From Macrostomum lignano (taxonomy: Eukaryota), in contig NIVC01000224.1 in NCBI GenBank assembly GCA_002269645.1, positions 124,001-188,000 on the forward strand: a stretch of DNA of 64,000 nt, read 5' to 3'. The notes below the pieces were generated by a model. That model ran no database searches, had not been told where the DNA came from, and saw nothing but the letters and a program-made list of their open reading frames with translations. The position numbers and the translations under genes were made by a program. Positions 11,262 through 22,939 of this stretch are shown piece after piece (within the stretch, counting starts at the first letter, position 1; each line of letters starts with the position of its first letter).

Positions 11262-11548
11262 CATACATGCGCAACCTCCAAAATTCGGTCGGCCATGCGA
11301 CTTGGTTTTAACAAAAATGCGACGTAGTTTTTGGCCAAAAATGCGACTTACATGTAAAAAACCCTAACGCAAAATTAACGCAACTTTGGGTAAACGGCAG
11401 GAGTAACTATAACTGTCTTAATAAGTCAAAATGCCTCGTCAGCTACTTAGTACTACTACTTTGGTATTTTTTGGGTGGGCATTTTTGCGACTTCCTTGGT
11501 TGGCCGCCAAATCGGTCGGCTGACTCGGCCGACTGTTGCGCATGTATG
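11262..11548. mobile_element. 287-bp MITE with 8-bp TSD (hAT or P-element class)
   Basis: Perfect 14-bp TIR CATACATGCGCAAC; ATCCCTCA duplicated at 11254-11261 and 11549-11556; subterminal TCGG/ATGCGAC repeats. Confidence 0.9.
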
Positions 11549-11728
11549 ATCCCTCAGGTTAGCTTTTTAGTTAAGCAGAACTGGATGTGGTTAGTTTACC
11601 TCAGTTTGAGCACTGTTGCTGACTGTTCATCATAAATTTTGCTAATTGACAGGTATAGTATAACTTTATTTATTATATTTTTGTTTATCTGACATTGTGC
11701 CAACAATGCTTGGCTATTTGCTTTTCAG

Positions 11729-13324
11729 TCTATCCTAGAAGATTTACTGCAGTTCCATCGGCACCAGCTGCAGCTCTGGTCTGGTCGCCTTGATCGATAT
11801 GAGCGTCTGAACTCTCAACTTGATCAACTGTTGAGACCTTGGCCAGCAACTTTGCTGGCACCTGTTGCACCTGCTACACCAGACAATGACCAAGTTCAAG
11901 TACCAGATGAAGCATTAGAATCTGGCAATACGGTTGAGTCGGACAGTGCAGAACTTGTATCAGAAGTTGATCGATTACTAGCTAAAGCTAATAGTGTTAT
12001 TTCGGCTCGTTCCGCTTCCGCGTCTAGTGAACAAAGATCAGATAAAGAGAAGAAAGCAACAACAGCAACAAAGACTAGCACTTCCAAGTCCAGTTCCGCT
12101 GGTAGTAACGTAGCAAAGAAGCCAGCCCAGAAGGGCCCTCCAGTGCCAGCAGTTAAACCTGCTCTAACCAGCACCAAAGCTGTACCAAAGAAACCACCCG
12201 GTCCATCTTATAAACCCGCCCACGTGACTGCTCCATTTCGCACCGATCCAAAGTTGCATCGTCGGGTAGCTGTCAATCAGCAGTACAGAGCTGCAGGGCG
12301 GAGCAAGGCTCGAGCTCAGGCTGCCGCTGATGCGGCCGAAGCTGCCCGGCCGGCTAGGTTAGTTGGCCAGTGGCTTGGAGGCGATGATAAATCTGCAACT
12401 GGACGGATTAGTAAATCCGCTGAAGCGCAGTCTTCGACTTTGGCTTCGAATCCAGCGCCGCCTCAGTTGGCACCGGTTCTTCCTTCCAATGGTCGACGAT
12501 CTTTATCGGCTGATTCTCCGCTGCCTCCGTTGTTGAATTCGTCTAATAATAATAGTGCTAGCAATCCTACTGCAAGTAGTAGTCAAGCACCATCCGAGCC
12601 TACATCAATTCCATTGAGCTCTGTACCTGTACCGGAGTCTATCTCGGTTGCCGTAGAAACTAACAGGCGTCTAAGACGTCGTCTACGTTTAGCCGTGTCT
12701 AACGGGCGGTTTAGTAGTAGTTCACCGTCGTCTCGAGCGGAGAGTTCATTTCTTGACAAGTTTAGCCTAGCAACTAAACGAATGTCGTCTTCTTCGTCAG
12801 AGACTATTGGTACTAAGCCTAGGACTGTTGTTGCTATGGCTAAACTATTAGATAGTTTGTTGGCTGAGTATCATCTTCAGGAAGAGTCCACCGGAAGCGA
12901 TGCTAATTTAAGACTGCTAGCAAAGATTCGCAGTCTGTATGTTTTGTTAAAATCAAAGAAAATATTATACGATACTAATAATAATAATAGTGGAAATGAG
13001 AAAATCAGTGTAAAAACCGGATTATCAAATTCGGCATTCTGCTTGGCCAATATGCCAGACTTGTTTCCGTTCGCTTCTAAGCGTTGCCTTACCTTGAGCG
13101 CCGAATTACCCGCTCTTGTTGTGCAAGCAGACCTGTCCGAATTGTTGCTAACCAGTTGGAAATCGAATGTCGAACTTTATAGGAGAATCACTTCGGATCC
13201 GGTGGCATTGCGGCAATTGTGGGCGCTTGCTGGTGGAGGCGGAGGCGGCTTCGCGGACAGTCGGTCCTCTTGGTTTGCTGGACGTCAACCGCATCTGCCT
13301 GTTACAATTAGTACCGTTCCATAA
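11729..13324 (+). CDS. Large coding exon of an uncharacterised protein, tentatively TEDC2/C16orf59-like; no ATG at its 5' end
   Basis: TTTTCAG acceptor at 11728, then a frame open for 531 codons (SILEDLLQFHRHQ...TISTVP*); helical N- and C-terminal parts around an S/P/K-rich middle. Confidence 0.7.
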   Translation, partial: SILEDLLQFHRHQLQLWSGRLDRYERLNSQLDQLLRPWPATLLAPVAPATPDNDQVQVPDEALESGNTVESDSAELVSEVDRLLAKANSVISARSASASSEQRSDKEKKATTATKTSTSKSSSAGSNVAKKPAQKGPPVPAVKPALTSTKAVPKKPPGPSYKPAHVTAPFRTDPKLHRRVAVNQQYRAAGRSKARAQAAADAAEAARPARLVGQWLGGDDKSATGRISKSAEAQSSTLASNPAPPQLAPVLPSNGRRSLSADSPLPPLLNSSNNNSASNPTASSSQAPSEPTSIPLSSVPVPESISVAVETNRRLRRRLRLAVSNGRFSSSSPSSRAESSFLDKFSLATKRMSSSSSETIGTKPRTVVAMAKLLDSLLAEYHLQEESTGSDANLRLLAKIRSLYVLLKSKKILYDTNNNNSGNEKISVKTGLSNSAFCLANMPDLFPFASKRCLTLSAELPALVVQADLSELLLTSWKSNVELYRRITSDPVALRQLWALAGGGGGGFADSRSSWFAGRQPHLPVTISTVP

Positions 13325-13479
13325 ACTAATTTTGTATTCTGATGAAGACTGACTTATAGCTAAGGTTGTGAAGTTTAAAGACATTGCTCAGTAACATTTG
13401 GTGTACAAGGAATTGACATTTGAGAGTCTTTATTTAACGCGTGCGTTTGTACACCGTGCTTAAAATCTTCCCCTTTATC

Positions 13480-13870
13480 GAACCTAAGAGTAGAATCCGC
13501 CCCTTCACCGCCCTTTTTGCCCTTAGAATCTGCTCTTTTGCCGCCCCAAGAATCTGCCTCTTCACCGCCCCTGGAATCCATCCTTTTACCGCCCCTCAAA
13601 TCCGCCCCTTTTCGCGCCTTTACCGCCCATTTACCGCCCCTTTCTTTCCCTTAGAATCTGCTCCTTTGCCGCGCCTAGAATCCGTCCCTTTACCACCCAT
13701 AAAATCCGCCCCTTTCCGCCCCCCTTTCCGCCCTTCTTTCCGCCCCCCTTTCCGCCCCCTTTCCGCCCCCCTTTCCGTCCCCCTTTCCGCCCCCTTTCCG
13801 CCTCCCTTTCCACCCCCCTTTCCGCCCCTTTACCACCCCTAGAATCCGCCCCTTTTCCGCCCCTAAAGTT
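13480..13870. repeat. Degenerate CCGCCCCTTT-type GC-rich repeat
   Basis: Repeated CCGCCCC(C)TTT 10-12mers. Confidence 0.85.
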
Positions 13871-14449
13871 GCCAATTTTTCGCAACTGAATCGTCTCTTT
13901 ACTGCCCGTTACAACCACCCATATTATACGTGAACGAAACGTTTGAGTCCAATTCACGATATTAGCTGGGGTCCAAAAGTTCACCATGTTTTTTACTCGT
14001 GTCGTAAAAGAACGTTTGAGTTCAAGCTTTCTCCTACTCAGCTTTTTTATGCCGTCCCAGATTGAACCTTAACTGCTCTCTGTTTTAACAACCTGTGTAC
14101 ATAATTTTTTATCTGATTTCTTTTATCTGACTTGATTCAAATTCATTTATTTATAGAAGCAAAACTTTATCCAATGTTGCTTTCTGCTTCATAAGCGTTT
14201 GTATTTCTGTGTAAATAATCTGTCTTCACTTTTTGCCAAGGCCAACTTCTTTAAGACAATTAATCTTATCCAAGTAAGCGATTATTGCTCATTCATTTTT
14301 GCTGTGTACAATGAGTAGTTGAACTTTTTTAAATAATCCTAAATGCATTAATTTATGGTAACATTCCAAATTTTATTAGAAAATATGTCTTTGTCTTGGA
14401 TTCTTTGCTGTAATGTATTTTGTATTCTTTAGCTTCTTTCTGTTAAAGT

Positions 14450-15265
14450 CCTGACCTCATTTTGAGTTTGTATTGGTCATGACCTCATCCTGAGTTTGTT
14501 GTGGGTCATGACCTTATCCTGAGTTTGTGTGGGTCATGACCTCATCCTGAGTTTGTGTGGGTCATGACCTTATCCTGAGTTTGTGTGGGTCATGACCTCA
14601 TCCTGAGTTTGTTGTGGGTCATGACCTTATCCTGAGTTTGTGTGGGTCATGACCTCATCCTGAGTTTGTGTGGGTCATGACCTTATCCTGAGTTTGTGTG
14701 GGTCATGACCTCATCCTGAGTTTGTTGTGGGTCCTGACCTCATCCTGAGTTTGTGTGGGTCATGACCTCATCCTGAGTTTGTATTGGTCATGACCTCATC
14801 CTGAGTTTGTGTGGGTCATGACCTCATCCTGAGTTTGTGTGGGTCATGACCTCATCCTGAGTTTGTGTGGCTCATGACCTCATCCTGAGTTTGTGTGGCT
14901 CATGACCTCATCCTGAGTTTGTGGTGAGTCATGGCCTCATCCTGAGTTTATATGGGTCATAACCTCATCCTGAGTTTGTGTGGATCATGACCTCATCCTA
15001 AGTTTATAGCTCATGACCTCATCCTGAGTTTGTGTGGCTCATGACCTCATCCTAAGTTTATAGCTCATGACCTCATCCTGAGTTTGTGTGGCTCATGACC
15101 TCATCCTAAGTTTATAGCTCATGACCTCATCCTGAGTTTATTTTGGTCATGGCATCTTGAGTTTATATGAGTCATAACCTCATCCTGTGTTTGTATGAGT
15201 CATGACCTCATCCTGAGTTTGTGGTGGTTCATGACCTCATCCTGAGTTCATATGGGTCATGACCT
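14450..15265. repeat. 28-bp minisatellite (GTCATGACCTCATCCTGAGTTTGTGTGG)
   Basis: Period 26-29; contains the 10-bp palindrome GGTCATGACC. Confidence 0.95.
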
Positions 15266-15409
15266 CTCCCTTGATTTTCTAGAATTAAGTAGCAATGACC
15301 TCCATTTTAACTGACTGGTTTGCGTTTACATCTATGAATATACAGTTAAGATTCCTATTTACCTACAATTCCAGCTTTAAGTAAGCCACTAAGAAAATCT
15401 GTCAGCAGA

Positions 15410-15754
15410 ATGTCTTCAAGCTCCGATCAGCCGCTTGTCCAACGCGTGCTGGCCGTGTCAGCCGCCTCGGCGGCTCGGGCCAGCCTGGTCATTCGCCAGG
15501 TGATGTCTAGCGGCCAGTTGGGCATTGTTGAGAAGGGCAAAAATGACCTGCAGACAGCTGCCGATCGCGGAGCCCAGCGGATTATAATTGGCAATTTGAG
15601 ATTGGCCTTCCCTGGGCTCACTGTCATCGGCGAGGAGGATGAGGATCCCAATGCTGAGCCGCTGAGGCCGGATGAGCTGGTGCAGCCGGATGCCTGGGTG
15701 TTGGCAAAGGACTGCCCCGCTGCGCTGAGGGATGTTCCTGTTGGTGACGTCACT
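15410..15754 (+). CDS. BPNT1: 3'(2'),5'-bisphosphate nucleotidase 1, exon 1
   Basis: [15 protein letters not shown]...[20 protein letters not shown]...TVIGEED; phase-0 donor ACT|GTGAGT at 15754. Confidence 0.95.
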
Positions 15755-15771
15755 GTGAGTGCCGCTTGCTG

Positions 15772-16870
<1,099 letters not shown>

Positions 16871-16965
16871 AGTAGATCATGCAGATATCATGTACAGACG
16901 TACAGTTTGAATTTAATCACAATGTCATTCCATCTCTCTTCCCCTCTCTCCACCCCGGCAACCAG

Positions 16966-17562
16966 GTGTGGGTTGACCCCCTAGACGGCACGTCGGAATT
17001 CGCCGCCAATCTCTTAGATCACGTGACCGTGCTGATCGGTATCGCCGTAGGCAGCCGCGCAGTAGCCGGGGTGATCTGCCAGCCCTACTACAACTATCAG
17101 ACTCTGTCGCCCGATCAGATGGGCCGCCTGATCTGGTCTCTGGAAGGACTTGGCGTGTTCGGCCTATCAGAAACTGAGATCGCCAACAACCCGCCCGGTA
17201 ACATCATAGCAACCACGCGTAGTCATAGCAACCAGATTGTCAACGACGCTGTGACAGCCTGCGAACCGACTGAAGTGCTCCGCGTTGGCGGCTCCGGCCA
17301 CAAGGTTCTGCTGCTGATTGAACGCCGGGCTCACGCCTACGTGTTTGCATCTCCGGGATGCAAGAAGTGGGACACGTGCGCGCCTGAGGCTGTGCTCAGG
17401 GCTCTTGGCGGTTGCCTCACCGACATTCTCGGCAACGAGTTGCCTTACGACGCTTCGGCTACGCATCCCAACAAGCAGGGCGTATTGGCCACCCTGAGGA
17501 AAGAGGATCACGCCAGGTTCGCCGCAAAGATCCCAGAGAACGTGCGAAAGGCTATGTCATAA
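16966..17562 (+). CDS. BPNT1: 3'(2'),5'-bisphosphate nucleotidase 1, exon 2 (spliced protein 313 aa)
   Basis: ACCAG acceptor; VWVDPLDGT, TTRSHS, YVFASPGCKKWDTCAPE motifs matching BPNT1 of the inositol monophosphatase family. Confidence 0.95.
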   Translation: MWVDPLDGTSEFAANLLDHVTVLIGIAVGSRAVAGVICQPYYNYQTLSPDQMGRLIWSLEGLGVFGLSETEIANNPPGNIIATTRSHSNQIVNDAVTACEPTEVLRVGGSGHKVLLLIERRAHAYVFASPGCKKWDTCAPEAVLRALGGCLTDILGNELPYDASATHPNKQGVLATLRKEDHARFAAKIPENVRKAMS

Positions 17563-17667
17563 ACATGCTTCTTTGAAATATGATTATTAATAATTGATAT
17601 TGTGCGACAATCGAATTTTATTGTTAGTTTTTCCGCCATTTGATTGTTGTGATAAGTTTTTTTTTCA

Positions 17668-17673
17668 AATAAA
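17668..17673 (+). terminator. Candidate polyadenylation signal of BPNT1
   Basis: AATAAA about 105 nt after the stop codon. Confidence 0.5.
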
Positions 17674-17749
17674 CAAACAACATTCTGACGTCGATTACCT
17701 GTTTATTATTACTTTTTAATTAACACCTTTTTAACAATATCGAAAGGCT

Positions 17750-18460
17750 GAGATTTTAAAGATTTCTCTGCCGTGTCTCACCTATCTAAGGTGAGATTTT
17801 GAGAGATTCTCTACTGTGTCTCACCAATCTAAGGTGAGATTTTGAGAGATTCTCTACTGTGTCTCACTAATCTAGAGTGATATTTTGAGAGATTCTCTAC
17901 CGTGTCTCACCTATCTAGGGTGAGATTTTGAGAGATTTTCTACCCTGTCTGAATAATCTAGGGTGAGATTTTGAGAGATTCTCTACCGAGTCTCGCAAAT
18001 CTAGTGTGAGATTTCGAGAGATTCTCTACCGTGTCTCACTAATCTAGGATGAGATTTTGAGGGCTTCTTTACCGTGTCTCACCAATCTAGGATGAGATTT
18101 TGAGGGCTTCTTTACCGTGTCTCACCAATCTAGGGTGAGATTTTGAAGTTTTATCTACCGTGTCTCACCAATCTAGGGTGAGATTTTGAAGGTTTCTTTA
18201 CTGTGTCTCACCAATCTAGGGTGAGATTTTGAGGGCTTCTCTACCGTCTCTCACAAAGCTAGGATGAGATTTTGAATGTTTATCTACCCCGTCTTACCAA
18301 TTCAGGGTGTGATTTTGAGAGATTCTCTACCGCGTCTCACCTATGTAGGGTGAGATTTTAAGAGATTCTTCACCGTGTCTCACCAATCTAAGGAGAGATT
18401 TTGAGAGATTCCCCTCCATGTCTCGCCAATCTAGACTGCGATTTTGAAGGTTTCTCTGCA
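17750..18460. repeat. 43-bp minisatellite with internal hairpin
   Basis: CCGTGTCTCACCAATCTAGGGTGAGATTTTGAGAGATTCTCTA; TCTCACC pairs with GGTGAGA. Confidence 0.9.
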
Positions 18461-19069
18461 AAATCAACAGTAAATCAGGTCAACAAAAAATCTCTCTAAT
18501 TTTAGCTTTCTAATTTTATTTTTTACGATTTCAATTCTAAAAAAATGATCATTTGTGTCACTGTTTTCATTCCTCTAAATATGGACAATGGGTAATCGCG
18601 AGATCATTTTAAATTTTTTGTCTTATTAAATTATTTATAAATTAGCCATTTTAGATCACTTTGTACTAAATTTACAAGTCACCTGTTATTTAGCTACTTA
18701 CTCGTATTTAAGGCGTACAAAATATTAAATACTTTTTTATGTTCATTCGAAATTTTCAAAGCATATCAAGTATTTTTGTATATGCAATTTCTGTTAGTTT
18801 TGTCTTTTAATTTGATGCATTATGTCTACGTTAAGTCTGTTTTTTATGTAGTTTCTGTTTTTTATTTACCTTTGGAATATTGGCTTCCTAATCTACGTGT
18901 ACTCATACTTATTATTTAGTTGCTCTGTCATTTTTATTGATAACTAGATATAATATTTATTGTAGAATTTAGAAGAAAATACTTTTTCGCTTACATTTCA
19001 GTAAATTAGTACTTGTTATTGTTTTTAATGTTTTTTTATAACTTAGACCAGGAACAGGGATACATGGTC

Positions 19070-19590
19070 ATCAGTATATCTAACAAGGGGAATCCCTGGG
19101 TATACTGTGTCTAACAATTGAGAATCTCAATCCCAATATGTATGTAATAGGGGGATTTCAACATGTACCTAACAGGGGGAATCCAATGGTATATCTAACA
19201 GGGGATCCCAGGGTATATCTATCAGGGGAATCCCAAGGTATATCTATCATTGGGAATCCCAAGGTATATCCAACAGGGGGAATCCCAAGATATATCTAAC
19301 AGGGGAATCCCAAGATATATCTAACAGGGGGAATCCAAGGTATATCTATCAGGGGAATCCCCAAGGTAGATCTAAATAGGGGAATCCCAAGGTAGATCTA
19401 AATGGGGGAATCCCTAGGTAGATCTAAATGGGGAATCCCAAGGTAGATCTAAATGGGGAATCTCAAGGTAGATCTAAATGAGGGAATCCCAAGGTAGATC
19501 TAAATGGGGAATCCCAAGGTAGATCTAAATGGGGAATCCCAAGGTAGATCTAAATGAGGGAATCCCAAGGTAGATCTAAATGGGGGAATC
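19070..19590. repeat. About 25-bp minisatellite (AAGGTAGATCTAAATGGGGAATCCC)
   Basis: Tandem units degenerating leftwards; TAGATCTA palindrome. Confidence 0.9.
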
Positions 19591-19791
19591 CCAATATCCC
19601 TGCAATTCAATTTGTCTAGCAAGGAAAACCAGAATTTCCTATAGAGGAATTCAGGATAGTTAACAGGGCGAAGTATTTTCGTAAATTCCCAGTGGAATTC
19701 AGAGTAATATCGGGTGAATTTGACTATGATTTGTATTATCCAATCTCATCAGTCAATTTGACAATCTTCAGGTTGGCTAGTTCGGCCAAGC

Positions 19792-20090
19792 ATGTCTTAC
19801 CACTGGCCCAAGCGACTGTCATCAAATGCAACCGATGTTTCACCATCGCTGCCATCCACCCCGGCTTCGTCGGCGACTTTCAACGTCGGAGCTGTCGTGG
19901 CGAGCGTCGGCGGCGGTCTTGAAGGCGACGACGGCCTGGCCTGGGCCTACGAGCAGCTCGCCGCTCGATTCAATCAGCTGGAGGTCGCTTATAAAGCCGC
20001 TAAAAGTGCAACTGGCGGGGGCGGCGGGGGCGGGTTTATTTCTAAACTGCCGTCTTGTCTGCGTTCGTCTGCGCTGGACTCGGATGAAAG
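19792..20090 (+). CDS. Coiled-coil + UBZ protein, coding exon 1
   Basis: ATG at 19792 after a TCTTCAG acceptor (19771); LAWAYEQLAARFNQLEVAY helix; phase-2 donor AAG|GTGCGA. Confidence 0.7.
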
Positions 20091-20154
20091 GTGCGACTCT
20101 TGCGGCAATTTTGATTTTCATTTACCCTTAATCTTTAAAATCATTTTTGCTCGA

Positions 20155-20990
20155 TCCCCAAAATCCCCGAAATCCACAAAGTCCCGATTCCCAAGATCCT
20201 CAAAGTCCCGATTCCCAAGATCCTCAAAGTCCCGATTCCCAAGATCCTCAAAGTCCCGATTCCCAAGATCCTCAAAGTCCCGATTCCCAAGATCCTCAAA
20301 GTCCCGATTCCCAAGATCCTCAAAGTCCCGATTCCCAAGATCCTCAAAGTCCCGATTCCCAAGATCCTCAAAGTCCCGATTCCCAAGATCCTCAAAGTCC
20401 CGATTCCCAAGATCCTCAAAGTCCCGATTCCCAAGATCCTCAAAGTCCCGATTCCCAAGATCCTCAAAGTCCCGATTCCCAAGAATCCCAAAGTCTCGAT
20501 CCCAAGATCCTCAAAGTCCCGATTCCCAAGATCCTCAAAGTCCCGATTCCCAAGATCCTCAAAGTCCCGATTCCCAAGATCCTCAAAGTCCCGATTCCCA
20601 AGATCCTCAAAGTCCCGATTCCCAAGATCCTCAGTCTCGATCCCCAAGATCCTCAGTCTCGATCCCCAAGGTCCCTAAGATCCGCAAAGTCTCGATTCCA
20701 AGATCCCCAAGATCCTTAGTCTCGATCCCAAGAATCCCAAAGTCTCGATCCCAAGAATCCCAAAGTCTCGATCCCAAGAATCCTAAAGTCCCGATCCCAA
20801 GAATCCTAAAGTCTCGATCCCAAGAATCCCAAAGTCTCGATCCCAAGAATCCTAAAGTCCCGATCCCAAGAATCCTAAAGTCCCAATCCTAAGATCCTTC
20901 AAATCCCGATCCCAAGATCCTCTAAATCCCGATCTGCAAGGTCCCCAAGATCCCCAAAGTCCCGATCCCAAAATCCTCTAAATCCCGACC
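20155..20990. repeat. 24-bp intronic minisatellite (AAGTCCCGATTCCCAAGATCCTCA)
   Basis: Near-perfect units that degenerate rightwards. Confidence 0.95.
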
Positions 20991-21170
20991 CCCCCCCCAA
21001 ATCCCTACCCATATACTAGAACTCTGAATCCCAAATGAAGTTTCTAAATTTCTAACTATCATGATTTCTAATCCCAAAATTCAAAAAACAATCCATGCTC
21101 CCGAATTCATCATCATCATATCTAAATCCCAAATCTCTGAGAATAGAGGAAAATTCTGAATTCGCCTCAG

Positions 21171-21551
21171 ATCCTGGGATGACGACTGGCTAGCGACAGA
21201 CAATTCTGCAGCGGAATTCGCAGTCGGCCCCGGCAACACGCCAGTCTCCTGTTTGCTAGCCGAGTTGGCTCGCGCTCAATCGCGCGCCATACGCGCAGAA
21301 ATGCGCGCCCGAGCCTGGGAGCGCAGATCGCGCGAAGCCGCGTCGCTGTTGCGCGAAGCGACGGAACGACTGGCCGAGGCGCGGCTGCGAGTCGACAGCG
21401 AAGCTGGCGACGCCACTAGAGCTTGCCGGGCTCTGGGAGCCGGTCTGGCGGTGGCTGGGGATCTGGCTCGGACTCAGGGCCGGTTGTTGCAGAAACTGCT
21501 GCTCAGAGAGCGCCTGCGAGGTGCGCCGCAGGCGCTGATGCCAGCCAATAG
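21171..21551 (+). CDS. Coiled-coil + UBZ protein, coding exon 2
   Basis: CCTCAG acceptor restores the frame; LLAELARAQSRAIRAEMRARAWERR coiled coil; phase-2 donor AG|GTGAGC. Confidence 0.8.
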
Positions 21552-21639
21552 GTGAGCTGGTTAGCTTAGATGTGCAACCGACAGCTCAGCCGCAGCTATT
21601 GCGCGGCGCATCTGAAGGCTGCGTACGGCTGTTCAGTCC

Positions 21640-21748
21640 AAGGACTGGGGGGTAGCCACACACACCCTCAATAGGTCGAGAATCGAACCCCCGACCTTTC
21701 AGTCGTGAGTCCGACGCTCTAACCACTAGGCTACAAGGCTGGCCCCCT
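21640..21748 (-). mobile_element. tRNA-derived SINE head (or tRNA pseudogene) in an intron
   Basis: Minus strand A box TAGCCTAGTGG and B box GGTTCGATTCTC at tRNA spacing; anticodon and acceptor stems do not pair well. Confidence 0.75.
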
Positions 21749-21949
21749 GGCAGTAGAAATAGCAGAATATTACAAGTATTTTTGTAATTTTTTTTAAAAT
21801 TCAAAATATAGGAAAATGTATTAAATAATAAATAATACTCGTACTAGCTCGTAGTTCTATTTTACGAGTATGCGCTTAGGGAGAGCGGCTACATTCGTTT
21901 GTGGCAAATTGAAAATTGGTTTTCATGCGATTTACACTGTTTTGTATAA

Positions 21950-22200
21950 AAAAGGGGATTTTTGGGATAAAAATGGGATTTTTTGGATAAATGGGATTCT
22001 TTGGGGAAAATTGGATCGCTGAGATAAAAATGGGATTTTTTGGTAAAGATTGGATTTTTGGGATAAAAATGGGATTCTTTAGGAAAATTTAAGATAAGAA
22101 CGAGATTCTTTGGAAAAAATGAGAGATCTTTGGGATAAAACTGGGGTTCTTTGTGAGAAATGGGATTCTTTGGAATAAAATAGGATTTTTAGGGAAAAAA
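21950..22200. repeat. Degenerate GGGATTTTTTGGATAAAAAT repeat
   Basis: About 20-bp degenerate period. Confidence 0.7.
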
Positions 22201-22321
22201 TGAGACCTTGTAGCTTATTAATATAATTGGGTCTTTGTGGCTAGGGAAGAAACAATTAATGGGACTTATTTATCAGCTAGCTTAGGATCATAAAATCCCT
22301 ACTCATACTGCGCAATCACAG

Positions 22322-22859
22322 GCCTAATTACGAAGTTGAGCCGTCGGACAATGCCGATGATGACAACTCGGACAACTCCATGGCAACCCTAACAGCGGCA
22401 GTTGCAGCAGATGCCGCAGGCGGTTCGAATCCGCCTCTGGCAGCTCCTGAGTGCTCATCCAGCCTGTCCAGCTGCTGCGGCAGCGCCAGCCGCTACTGCC
22501 CGATGTCGCCCCTGCTGGTCGACAGCGCTGGCGGCGGGGGCGGTAGTCGCTGGAGCGACGCCTCCTACTCGCATAGTCGTCAAGCAGCTCCTCTACTTCC
22601 TCAGATGTTGAACGGCGACCAGCAGGCCGAGTCCTGGTGGCCTTGGATTCGACAGCAGCAGCAGCAACGGCAGGAGCTTCAATTTGAAGGCAGCGGCATT
22701 GCTGCTGATAATCAGGAGACTTTGAGCGGCGCCGATGGTGGAATGCGCTGTCCCGTTTGCGGCCTACTTGTAGCTGACGGCGTCGGCGGCGGCGACTCCG
22801 GGGTCAGTCGGTTCAATCGACACGTCGATTCGCATTTTGGCGGCGAAGGAGTCTGCTGA
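22322..22859 (+). CDS. Coiled-coil + UBZ protein, last exon with C-terminal UBZ-type zinc finger (spliced 405 aa)
   Basis: TCACAG acceptor in phase; CPVC...FNRHVDSHF C2H2 UBZ signature just before the stop. Confidence 0.8.
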
Positions 22860-22939
22860 TCTCAAACTCGCTTTGTTTGGGTGAAGAGGACTTGAGATTA
22901 TGTTGGGATTTGAAACTGGCTCCTCCATTTATGGGATTT

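Noticed and set aside
20091-20892. SKSRFPRS / QDPQSPDS repeat proteins
   Set aside because: 24-bp intronic array after the donor at 20090
21673-21748. Functional tRNA gene
   Set aside because: Acceptor and anticodon stems do not pair; better read as a SINE head
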